From: Nemertoderma westbladi
Taxonomy: Eukaryota; Animalia; Xenacoelomorpha
Assembly: GCA_032718475.1 (NCBI GenBank)
Contig: JAUCBJ010008942.1
Span: 29,682-93,681, forward strand
Length of the DNA: 64,000 bases
Direction: 5' to 3'
Shown here: one piece after another, positions 1-11,358 of the stretch
Position numbering within the stretch: the first letter of the stretch is position 1
Layout: each line of letters opens with the position of its first letter
The notes under the pieces: generated by a model
Databases searched by the model: none
What the model was told of the DNA's origin: nothing
The model's input: only the letters and a program-made list of their open reading frames with translations
Made by a program: the position numbers and the translations under genes

Positions 1-1704
1 GTTAGGAGCCCGCTTGACAGCGGGATACTTACTGTAAGAATCTCAGGGATACTTTCTGTAAAAATCTCAGGATACATTACACTGACTGACTGACTGACAT
101 ACTGACTGATAATTATCTAGGTTAAGGCACTTCCTGCCTGGCGATTTTGATGAAATTTTGCAAGTACATTGCTTTGGTGGTTCATAATCGCGTTACAAAA
201 TTTCAGATCGATTCTATGTGTGGTATTCGATATATTTAGTTTTTTGACATTGTTTTGTCGCGAAATTAAAAGCAATGGTAAAATAACAGCTGGTGTTCAT
301 GATGAAATATGGCTTAATATGTTATACACAGTCATAGAAAAACGTGTTGGTTGCCAAGTTTTACTAGTAGGCTATAAGGAAAGGCAATGTTTACTCACAC
401 ATAAGCTGTTGGTTTCTAATCTATTACCCCATAAGCTGATTGCTCTCCCAGTGCTTCCTAAGGGTATATCTACAATAAGGTTACTCACTCTGCTATGTTA
501 GGGGGTGGATCAGGAGAATGAATTTTAGTTACACAAAGCAGTGTGTTGTGTCCTATTGCAGTCGATACTCACTGTGGATTGCAAAATGTTTTATAGTTGA
601 CCTACAGTATAATACAGTAGTTGCATGTATTTAAGGAGCCCGCTCTGGCCTACCGCCTAAGGAGTACCTATATTACATATTCACATATAATTCACTGGGA
701 AGAGATATTCCGCTTGACGACGGGGTACGGTAATACCTATAGAAGGAAACTAAATTTGTTATTTGGCTCTATTCGTTGTTATTTATCTGGTTGTGCATCA
801 TGGGCATTTTTTATAAATATTCGGTAATCGCATCTTATATCTTGTAAACGTTCTTGATAATGAAATTATTTGCTTCATATTATATTTTTGTTAGTGGTAG
901 CTAAGTTGCATTTTTTATTATGTGGGGCGAGCCACAAAGTCAGCTAGCCTCACGCCTTGCAGTTTAGACAATTTTAGTTTACTTACTGCTGACTGACATA
1001 GTTCTTTGTAATAGTCTTGGCTAGGATTTTTCCCCCGGGCTCCTTCCAGCCAGCTTGCTGGCTTTCTAGTAATGAAACTGCGTATACACAGAGAAACTAC
1101 AGAGAAGTTTCTCTTATATTAATTGTTAATCTGATATTGTATTATGTTATTAAAATAATCAATCTTGTCAAGCATTAATCTTGTTTCACAAATTATGTTT
1201 CATGTATTATTTGAATGAATGTTTTTTAGAAAGACTTTAGTGTGCCGTAAATTCAATTTGTACTTGCGACCGAAAACCCATCCTGTAATGACCTCAGGAA
1301 CCTCAATTTGATAAATTAATGGGAATATAGCTTCTATGCAACAACTGGCCAACACACAAGTATCACTTTGTTGCCCGCATAATATTGTTCCCCGAGAATG
1401 CCTCTGCCTCTCAGTTAACTTACCACGAGCTGTCAATCAGGAATACCTCAGAGTTTATTTTCTCAAAGAATTAAAAGTGCCGCAAACTACCTCAAAGTGA
1501 CATTTCTCAAAGAATTCAAAGAATTCAAAGTGCCTAAAAGCAGGAAATCACTTTGAGATTCCCAACTAAAAGTGTCTACAAGAATTCAAAGCGGCCGTTG
1601 GGAGTAATGACTTTTAGACACTTTTAGAAAAACTTTGAGAAAATCTCAAAGAACAGATGCACTTTGAGACCCCGACTGTATTTGTGTTGTAACGTGGTTA
1701 ATAG

Positions 1705-2303
1705 TGTGACGGGATCCGAGAATCCCGATTTATCCGGTTGGTTATCTTATTTATGCGTCCCCGCCATTTGTGTGTGAAAAGAGTTCTGATGTTGTTGATT
1801 TACTCTGACTTTTCTTGGTCCGTATGTATAAATATAGAATATAATCGAATAAAGCATAAGCGCAGTTGATTGATAGGTGAATGAGTAAGTACCGGTAAAA
1901 TGGTTGAATAATGATGGCGGCAGTGGACGGTAATAAGAGTTCCCGTTCTGCCCTAACTAAACCGACTAACTAAGTGAATAAGTGAGGAACAGTAACTGGT
2001 AATATATTGCACTGATTTGGCCGTATTACATTACTCAGCGGATGCCTGCCCCCCATTGGCTAATAACCCACTTCTCGCCTCCTATCCCTCTGGGAGTGTT
2101 TTCCCCCCCGCTACTGTCACTCTCTCTCCCTCGGAGGTGTAACCTCTAACCCCCATTGTGTGTGTGTCCCTTTTGGGGTTTGTCGCCCCGTTTATTGGGG
2201 TGATACGAGGTTGATTGGCAATCAACCTCGTACTCCCAATATTGCTTAAAGGCCCTACTTGGCTAACTTTATGGGGTGGTTAGCGGAATTGAATTCGCTA
2301 ACA
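1705..2303 (-). repeat. 3' LTR of A1 (599 bp)
   Basis: TGTGACGGGATC...GCTAACA termini shared with the LTRs at 49807/56504 and, in reverse complement, 35283/42202; PPT adjacent at 2304-2312. Confidence 0.9.
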
Positions 2304-3019
2304 CTCCCCCCCATGCTATCTTCCCGGTGAGAAGATAGCATCCACCTCTAGTGCGCTACAATTCCGCTGGATCCCGATCTACTATCGGGTGTGGGGTGGA
2401 ATTATTTTCTTTGGAGCCGGCTTTCCAGGCCGCTCCCTATGGGTATGATATCGCTACCCCGTATTGGTGCAACTCTATCTATCTTGCACCAAGACATCTG
2501 GCGTCCCGTGTTGGGCCGATTGTGGACTTCTCTCACACAATTTTTGTTTCCCCAACACTCTCGCCACTCTAACTCCACTCTCACCCTGACTTTCCTTTAT
2601 TCCTCTTTTACTTCCGCTCTAATTCTTGGACCCCCTTGTCCCTCATTCTGCCTCTTACTTCTCCCCCCCCCCCCACACTTGAATTGCACCCGCACTCTCT
2701 CCACGCTATTACTCAACCCCTATCTCACCCACTTACTCCTGACGAGTCTCACCCCCCTCCTGTGCCGTCGCACTCAAGAAGTGTGATGTCGTCCAATGTC
2801 TCGTCTGTGATTCACAGTACCATAGTCAAGTGGTCCCCAGTCCCAGTAGCTAATTGAGAAAAGGTTATATGGCTATAGTACTTACTTTGATTATATTTTC
2901 TTGCTAAACTAATGATTACTACATACGTACATATTAATTGCACTTTTAGTTATTTATTATATTTACTTAGGAGTTCGCACTTCTCATGCGGCACCTTCCA
3001 GGCGTCCCACTTCCAACTT

Positions 3020-4453
3020 CTAGTTCGTTCCACCTGACTTCGGGAACCATCTCAACTCCTTCCCTCTGTTGTCCTCCTCCCTTGGTCGTTTCCTGGCCGC
3101 TGCCGCTCCCTTGGTCTTATCTCCCTTCAGGCTCCTGACCCTCGCCGCCACCTCTCTACTGATCCTGGTCATCGACTCCTTGGGCGCTGGTGTTATCAGC
3201 TCCCGGTATCGCTTCGCGGCTGGCCCCTCCGAGTGGCCCTGTTGTCTCCCCCTGGTGGCGTCCAATAGGATCACTTTCATCGCCCGCGGCACATGCTCCG
3301 CCAAGAAATCTCTGAACTCCCCTCTGTTCTGTGGCGTCTACCTGTCCAAATACTTCTGCATATTTATCACCCCGGCATACGACGCCGTCGTCGCTACCTC
3401 CTGGTAGGTAAATGGAAGTCTCCGTTTCAAAATCTCCATGTGGTCTTCCTGATTGATATTAAAGAAGCCCCACCGGAACTCCTGGGCCTTCATACGTTGC
3501 CGAGTCATGGCCCCGATGTCGGCCCACTCCTCGAAGATCCTAAACTTCTCTTCATCGTCCATCCAGTCGCACTGGCGTCCGTAGTGCCCCCGGAAGTTGC
3601 ACTTCGAACGGCGGTTGTGCAACCGTGGACACGCCCCCATCCTGTGGCTCGACTCGCGGCAGTAGAGACAACTAGTCCCTTTCTGGAACCGGTACAAACA
3701 GCTCCTTTCCTGGTGGGTTTGCCTCCCACAGTAATCACAGCCGAGCACCAATGTCTCCAGCCCCACGTCGTCTTTCATCCCAAGTGATCTCCGCGGTCTG
3801 TGGAGTCGCTGGTAAGTGAACTTCTGGACGTTAGCATCCCTGTCCATGTCTATCTCCTCGCCCCTCCTGGGCATCGTCTCCCCGAATACTACCCGTGGTG
3901 CCGTTCCCGGTTGCATGCCCAACCTGATGGTGCTCCCCGCGAAATCCATCGCCGGCTCCTCATGCACCCAGGCCCACTTGCCGGGTCTATCCCAGAAGGC
4001 TCTCGCCCCACTGGCCGTCACCACCCTCCCGCCAACCCAGTCCGTGTCCGAGTGGCCGATCCTCCCGATGGGCGGCATCTCTCCGAACTCGTCGTCATCC
4101 TCGTCCTCCTCTGGGAGTGGCTCCAACCCCGGTATCCCGGTGGACCCACTGTGTCCCTTCCCACCTTGGCTCTTGCCCGTGACTTTCCATCCTTCCAGCT
4201 CCCCTAGCCTCCTTAGCGGGTGATCGCCCTCGGCGCCCGCTGGTATGGGCGTCACCTGCGATCCCGATGTCGACTGTTTCGGTGATCCCACCGTCCACCC
4301 TAATTCTCGCCCTAGAGACTCCCCCGAACTCTCTGATGACGTCCAACGAAGTTCGTCTAAGGCCGCCTGTTCCTCGAAGCCGTAGCTCTGCGCTCTAGCT
4401 TCTTCCTCCCTTTCCTCTGCCTCTCTCCTTTCCTGTCTAGCGATTTCTTCCAA
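3020..4453 (-). pseudogene. A1 accessory ORF in env position: triple Cys/His zinc-knuckle protein with basic C-terminus; 5' truncated, one in-frame stop
   Basis: ORF 3338..4453 contains CDYCGRQTHQERSC, CLYCRESSHRMGAC and CNFRGHYGRQC. It continues in the same frame past a TAG at 3338-3340 into ORF 3020..3304 (ARKRPR). The frame stays open upstream to the ~4490 junction. Confidence 0.75.
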
Positions 4454-5676
4454 TCGCTTCGCTTCGCTTCCGTTAGCTCTCGTTGGCTTCGATAATTAAC
4501 CTCTAGGTATAGGACACTCCGGGTACATAACGTAGTGCTTATAGTTTAAGACTATAAGCCGCCAGATGGTGGCATTTCCTTATCTGGACAACGCAACATA
4601 CTTACTATTACTTTATTGGTTTCAAATACCGTAATTTCCTGTCAGTTTGTAAGAACCAGAAATTCTAACTCCTTGTTAGTCTGGTTCGTAAATTTCTTGT
4701 TAAATTACCCTAAAAAATTGTAAGTGTAACTTGTTTATTGTTTATTTAGAGATTGTGTAATCTCAACCCGATACGTAAGTAATTTGTAGTGATAAGTAAC
4801 TTAGTTAAGTAGAATTATCAGTATTAGTGTCTAACAAGTAGCACTCCACTGAGAGCGTCCAGCCTCTGTATAGTGACTTCTTACACAGAAATAATAACAT
4901 TTATTTCAAATATTGTCAAAACCCATTACGGGTATATATATATATATATATTTATAAATTAATTCAATCAGATTTATAAATTAATAGGCCTGTTATACAT
5001 CAATTAGGTCTTAATATCAGTTGAACTACTGCTTACTATCAGTAATAAAGTAAAGGGAAGTAATCCCTAAAATTGGAAAATCAGTTATTATTAAATAATT
5101 GACATTACCGGTATTTACGGTAAGCTTATTATATTTATATAAATTAGGCTAATACCGGTATTCTGTTACTGATCCGGTCAGGACTATACTGGTCAGGTCA
5201 GGTCCCCAGATCCTGCTACCACTATGGCAGTAATGTGGTACTACCTGTAGCTGTCAGCCCAGTAGGGCAGGCCCGATAAGCATAGCCTATTCATTATTTA
5301 GTTGATCAAGAGTGGGTTGGTTCAGCCCCGTCAACTAAATAAGTCATTGAGGGCTATAGCGCCTAGGGCACCATTGAAGGCAAAGGCTTGATACGCATCT
5401 GCATTAGAGATAATACAAGCCCCGCCCTGTCTATACTGGATGCTCCTCTACCAGTGTTAGGTAATCTAACCCAGGAGGCACACTTGGTTCAGGGTGTAAC
5501 AAATGGACCCCTACAGTCGGCAGCAGGGCTGTAGGCCATGGATAGGCGGAAGGTAATCAACCAACGGCTAGACATGCTGACAAGGTCGGTGGAAGGTAAT
5601 CAACCAACGGCGACCTACTGCGAAGACGCTTGTAGGAGTTGCGACCACAAGCGGTTTACCCCTGCAACTGAAAGAT

Positions 5677-8525
5677 ATGAGTATGAGAACCCTCCAGGAG
5701 AAATACCGGCTCGGTCGTCGCCCGGGTCAACAAGGACCGCGTCCCTCAGTGGTACACCAGGCTGGGGTCGATAAATTGGCTACTGGAACAGAAGACAGAG
5801 AAGAAAGAAGAACCAACCTGTTGAAATGTAAAAAGACACTAAAGATTGCTACAATGAACGCACGCACGTGAAAGCACAGAGCAAACAGGGTGACATGGTC
5901 GCTCTGGCAATGGAATATAACATCGACATCATCTGCATCCAAGAACATCGGATTTGTCATGAAGACACTGCCATGAAGTACAATGACATTGGAAATGGAT
6001 GGACGTTAGTAACAAGCTCAGCAGTAAGAAACTCGGCCAATGCATCAATTGGTGGAGTAGGAATTCTGCTAAGCCCATTTGCACTTAAGACCCTAAACAA
6101 CATCGAATCTATAAATTCCAGGGTTATGATCGCAACATTTGATGGGAATCCCAAGACAACAGTTATATGTTGCTACAGTCCAACCAATGCATCAGAGCCA
6201 GAACATGCAGTCAAGTTTTATGAAGAACTGACTGGACTTATTAAGGACATCCCGAAACACAATGTTAAAGTCATTGCGGGTGACCTGAATGCGCAAATTG
6301 GCCCAGAAGACATCAAGGGTTACACCTATAACACCAGTTCTAACAGAAATGGGTACTTACTCTTAGACCTAATGGAAGAATGTGAATTGATACCAACAAA
6401 CAACACATTCGAAAAGAGTAAGGGGAAGCTATGGACCTTTCAATACCCTAATGGAACCAAAGCACAACTGGATTACATCCTTATAAACAAAAAGTGGAGA
6501 AATAGCATGATCAACTGCGAGGCATACAGCTCGTTCAACCTAATTGGTTCGGACCACAGAATTGTGACTGCAGAGATCAGACTCAGTTTGAGAGCCAGCA
6601 AATCCAGGACAAGCAAGCAAATCAACTATGACTGGGAGAAACTCAGAACTGACAATGCTGTAAAGGATGCTTATACAGTAGATGTTCAAAACCGCTTTGA
6701 AGCACTTCAGTCAATGGATGAAGACCAATCCACCGATTCAATATACCAGAATATAATAACAGCCCACAAGGAATCAGCTAAGAGGCATATCCCCCAGAAA
6801 CCTAAACGAAAACAGTATGTGCCATGGCAAAACTCTGAGGTTACTTGTAAGAGAGAAGATCTTAAGATAGCCTACAGAGTTAAAACCGAACAACCAACAA
6901 CCGAAAACATTAACAAGGTTGAGAAAGCTAAGGACGATCTTAAATTGGCCTACAACATCAGCCAGGAAAAGTACATACAGGATAAAACTGAAGCAATTAC
7001 AACTGCTCACATACAGCAACAATCAAGACTTACCTGGCAAACTGTAAATGAGGTATCTGGTCGGAAAAGTTGTGTAAAGGGGCGCCTCAAAGCCGATAGT
7101 CCTGAAGAACGTGTTGGGAAGTGGAAAAATCACTTCAGCAACTTGCTTGGGCAGCCACCAAACATCGAGGTCAGCCCTACAAGGAAAATATATGACAAGA
7201 CACTACCTATAGAAACAGGGGACTTCACACCTGCCGAACTCCAAAGAAGCATTAAAAGCATGTCCAATAATAAAGCGAGTGGATTAGATGAAATCCCAGC
7301 GGAGGTATGGAAAACCGGAGTGCTAAATAGACCATTATTGAATGTTTGCAACCGGATGTTAAAAGGGGAAAAGCCACCACCAATTTGGACTAAAGGTCAA
7401 CTAAAGCCTCTCCCCAAGAAAGGAGACCTCGGCATACCAACAAACTATCGTGGGATCTGTCTGCTTGTGGTAGCTGCCAAAATATACAATAAAATGATTC
7501 TATATAGGATTAGGCCTCACATAGAGAAACTACTGCGTAAGAGCCAAAACGGATTTCGACCAAGTAGATCAACAATAGCTCAGATACTTGCACTACGGAG
7601 ACTGATTGAAGGAATTAAGTCAAAGAATCTCCCCGCAGTCATGACTTTTGTGGACTTCAAGAAGGCATTCGACTCCATCCATAGAGGTAAAATGCTTGAA
7701 ATCCTAAGAGCTTATGGAATACCAGAAGTAATTGTTGCTGGCATTGGATTGCTATATTGTGACACAGAAGCGCAGGTACTCTCACCAGATGGTGAAACTG
7801 AGTTTTTCTCAATCCTGGCTGGCGTACTGCAAGGTGACACATTAGCACCATTACTATTTGTAATTGTGCTGGATTACGCAATGAGGACGGCCACAAAGGG
7901 TGAAGATCTGGGATTCACACTTCAAGAACGCAGAAGTAGTAGATATCCGGTAACTACAGTCACAGACACCGACTTTGCGGATGACATCGCCCTGCTCTCT
8001 AATACGCTAGAAGATGCACAGCTTCTACTAAATAAAGTGGAGAGGGCTGCTAAGGAGGTTGGATTGCATATAAATGCTACCAAGACCGAATTCATGACCT
8101 TTAATGTTGATGGAAACTTGACAACCATTGATAATAATCAACTAAGGCAGGTCGATGACTTCCAGTACCTTGGATCATGGATAGAGAGTAGCAAAAAGGA
8201 TATAGAAGTTAGGAAAGCAAAGGCTTGGGTAGCTCTATCAAAAATGGATACCATCTGGAAATCAGATCTCTCCAGGCACCTGAAGACCAAGTTCTTTCGA
8301 GCCACAGTGGAAAGTGTATTTTTATACGGGGGTGAGACCTGGACACTGACTAAATCACTTGAACAACGAATTGATGGTTGCTACACAAGACTACTAAGGG
8401 CAGCCCTAAACATCAGCTGGAGACAACACATGACAAACGCCGAGCTTTATGGTACAATACCACCTGTATCAACCACCCTCCGTGAATGCAGATTAAGATT
8501 CAGTGGGCACTGCTGGCGAAGTAAA
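5677..8525 (+). pseudogene. LINE ORF, 5' part: AP endonuclease + reverse transcriptase
   Basis: APE motifs IATMNART, CIQEHR, AGDLNA, LDYIL, SDH; RT motifs NYRGI, QNGFR, FVDFKKAFDSI, GVLQGD, FADD, YLG. One-base frameshift at ~5868. Interrupted by B1 at 8526. Confidence 0.92.
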
Positions 8526-9706
8526 TGTACGCGCTTTTGAAGACCTTTAGCAGTTTAACCTGCCAAAATTTATATGTCTTTTGGTTTATAAATAGACTTT
8601 AGAAAATGACAAATATTTAATACCAATAAACACAACATTAGCCGAAGCCAGCCTAGTGCGCGTCCATTCACCCGCTGGATATACCCGGGAGACTGGATTC
8701 GGAGGGCTTAGATTGTTATTGCAGTGTAAGCTTACTGTATTATTCGATTGATCGTTAATAAATAATTTCTGACCAATATTATTCACTTTCGGGAAATATT
8801 AACAGTTCCTTTAGGACGTGGCGCTCTATCTAGGTAAACAGAGATATGACTTATACTAAACACAACGGTTAGTCGGTAAGGCTTATGATTCACGTATGAG
8901 GCGCATTCTTTAGGAAATGGTTAGTTATCAGCAACAATCATGCACACTACCGGTACCACACAATACTGCACACTAATCTGCCGACCGTCAATGAATTTTA
9001 TCATATATAAAGAGAACAGCAATTGACTCATGTAGTGCCTATCAAATAGCATTAAACTCACTACAAACCACAATAATATAAGTCGCAATCGCTATATGTA
9101 ACCTGTCTCTCTAACCTGTAGTGTATCAAGAAAATTGGGAAATTTGGGTTATTTATCGATGTTCTCCAAGTAATAATATTCAACCAAACAACAGTAAAAA
9201 CCATTAAGACGGTAGGTTAAGATATGATATGACAATGTACTGATAATGTAACAATGATATGATCTGCCGATAACAGTTATACGCTCTATAATCTAAGCCT
9301 ACTAATGTTTCTTCTAAAGTCTGAAACGAATTGACTCCAGAGCCGGTGTTCTTGGCCTAGATAGAAACAACAAAACAGTATCAAGAAAAACAGTAAGACT
9401 GAACACTCCTATCACGATCTGTAGAATATCTCCACATCGACAATAAAAATTGCCCTGATTGGCTGTTAAGCTAAACAAAGAACCATGTGTCCAACGGCCG
9501 TTTCCATGCCAGCAACCAGCTGTTAGATGTCGTAATCTGAATCATCAAGGCTACACTGTGCTAGAGGATTTGACGCATTGCGGGTTTTGTGCCTTGCCAT
9601 GTCCGCCAAAGCACACATATAGAAGAATGACTTTTATGTCCGTTAAAACACCTACAACGGTACTTTGCGGGCAAGGGGACTGATTATATCCGCAAAAGCT
9701 TTTACA
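8526..9706 (-). repeat. 3' LTR of B1
   Basis: TGTACGCG...TTTTACA on +, direct repeat of 23068-24248; short PPT (GGGAGCGG on -) at 9707-9714. Confidence 0.95.
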
Positions 9707-9783
9707 CCGCTCCCAGAAAATGGGATTCAAGTCTATAAATATACAAAATCACAGTTTCTAATATACGTAAATACTCTAAACAG

Positions 9784-11358
9784 TTAGTCTTTCATGCGCG
9801 GACGGCGTTTACGCAGTTTTTTAAAGCTGGCCAGAGTCTTTTTCTCTTTGGGGCGAGCCACTTTACAAGGAGGGCTATAACTCCTAGGTGAAGGGTGCAA
9901 TATGATTGCATCAGAGGGTGTAGGATTATGGTCGGTGTATCCGCCAGTCGAAGTGCCGGGTTGATTGACATCAATGTCGGGGGAGAGGGATCTAACGGCC
10001 TTGAGAGCGCGTTTTAGGACAGCCGCTCTTACGGGTCCTTTACGAGTGGTCTGAACGAGAGCCGTGGGTGGACCATAGGCAGTCAGAAACTTCCTGGGTT
10101 TAATGGTTCTTTCCAACTCGCGTTCGCGGGCTCGGTATTCGTAAGGCCGTCGATATACTTCCTGTAACTCGGGGTGTGAGTTAACAAATAAGTCTCCATA
10201 GTCCGGATCCTGACGGATAAAATTGATTAGGTTATATGAATGAAGGTCGCTAGGATTAACACTCCTGAGAAATTTGCGTACGAACTTGGTTGAAATACAT
10301 TCTCCGACGCGCTTCAGTAGTTCGTAACTCGATATGCGTGATTTCTGTTCGACAGAAGCGAATAGATAAGGATGGAACGCATAAACACCTTCGTAAGCGC
10401 GTCCAGGATAATAACGATGGCGCAAATCACAATGTAAATCAGCGTTCGCTTCCCAAGCTCTGATGTAACGTAGTGTGATCATTTCATCTACGCTTTCCAA
10501 ATCGTGATTGGCGTGTCCCTTTAGTTGACAATGGTGACATTGAGTCATAAATTGAGGGCAAACCGCAAAAATATGCAAATTATTGAGTCTGCAATATGCG
10601 CAATAAATTTCCATCGTCGGTTGTTCTTGGAAATAGGAACAGCGGACGTTTGTGTCCTTCAGTTTGTTGGTTGGGTCTAGGGCATTCGTCACAATAACAC
10701 CAAAGACGTACGTCCTGTAGAGGAAACGCGGGTGATCGTTCTCCAGTTTCGCAATATTCTTCCATTTGTTCAAAACTATCCGGGATAACAGGTAGTGGAC
10801 GATCGGCGGTAAGATACATCATAGTGAAATAGAGCTGTTTGAGTTCTACCATGGGGTCATGATGTATACCTTGAGGATATAGAGTCTCGAGGTTCTGCTG
10901 ACTGGCGATGTTGAGATAGGTTTCTCCCAAAATTCCAGGTAGTCGTTGAAGTCGATGCGTTTATCCGGTTCTTCAACGTTTTCTCTTTCCAGTCTGTTAC
11001 GAATAGAATTTTCGTGTTCTATTCTAGGTTTTTCGTTACGACTCCGCTGGGTATGATATTTAAATAGAACCATTTCCCTTTCGGTGTCTACATCGTCCAT
11101 ATCATGTAAATCGATAGGATGGCCGGTAGTTAAGAAGTCCATATATGTACCATTACGATGCGTATAGCGAGCGGTGAATTTTCGATAGTCCAATTCACGC
11201 GTAAGTTGCTCTTGGGACATCGGCGGTTCGATTTAACGACCATCGTCCTCCGTAATGGTTGGATCGGCTTCACCGCGTATCAAGCTATCCACAAATGCTT
11301 GCAAAGGTAGAGTATATCGCTCCCTGATACCAAGATCATCTTCTATCAACTCCGTCAT
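9784..11358 (-). pseudogene. B1 accessory ORF in env position (~525 codons): zinc-knuckle protein with basic tail
   Basis: Overlapping ORFs 10846..11220, 10580..10930 and 9784..10773 plus an upstream MTELIEDD segment join via one stop and two frameshifts. Motifs: CDEC...H...C, CAYCRLNNLHIFAVC, CHHCQLKGH; tail KKLRKRRPR. Homologous sequence is present in B2. Confidence 0.75.

Larger units (their letters stand above)
1705..4490 (-). mobile_element. BEL/Pao family A LTR retrotransposon, copy A1 (3' remnant: 3' LTR, PPT, accessory ORF; 5' part deleted)
   Basis: LTR at 1705-2303 is homologous to the A2/A3 LTRs. It is followed on + by CTCCCCCCCATG (PPT on -), and 2304-2900 aligns with the A2 and A3 3' regions. 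The element ends abruptly at ~4490, where family B leader sequence begins. Confidence 0.85.

Noticed and set aside
1-1700. Short ORFs and possible MITE/Helentron remnants ((CTGA)n near 80-110, CTCAAAG repeats 1450-1670, Tc1-like end ...CCCGACTGTA at 1680)
   Set aside because: No paired termini, TSD or coding motifs could be established, so no feature was called.
8586-9683. Short ORFs repeated at 8586/23128 and 9459/24001
   Set aside because: They are duplicated only because they lie in the LTRs; no protein motifs.
9784-11358. env gene call for the 3' ORF
   Set aside because: No signal peptide, fusion peptide or TM segment is visible; it has Cys/His knuckles and a basic tail instead.
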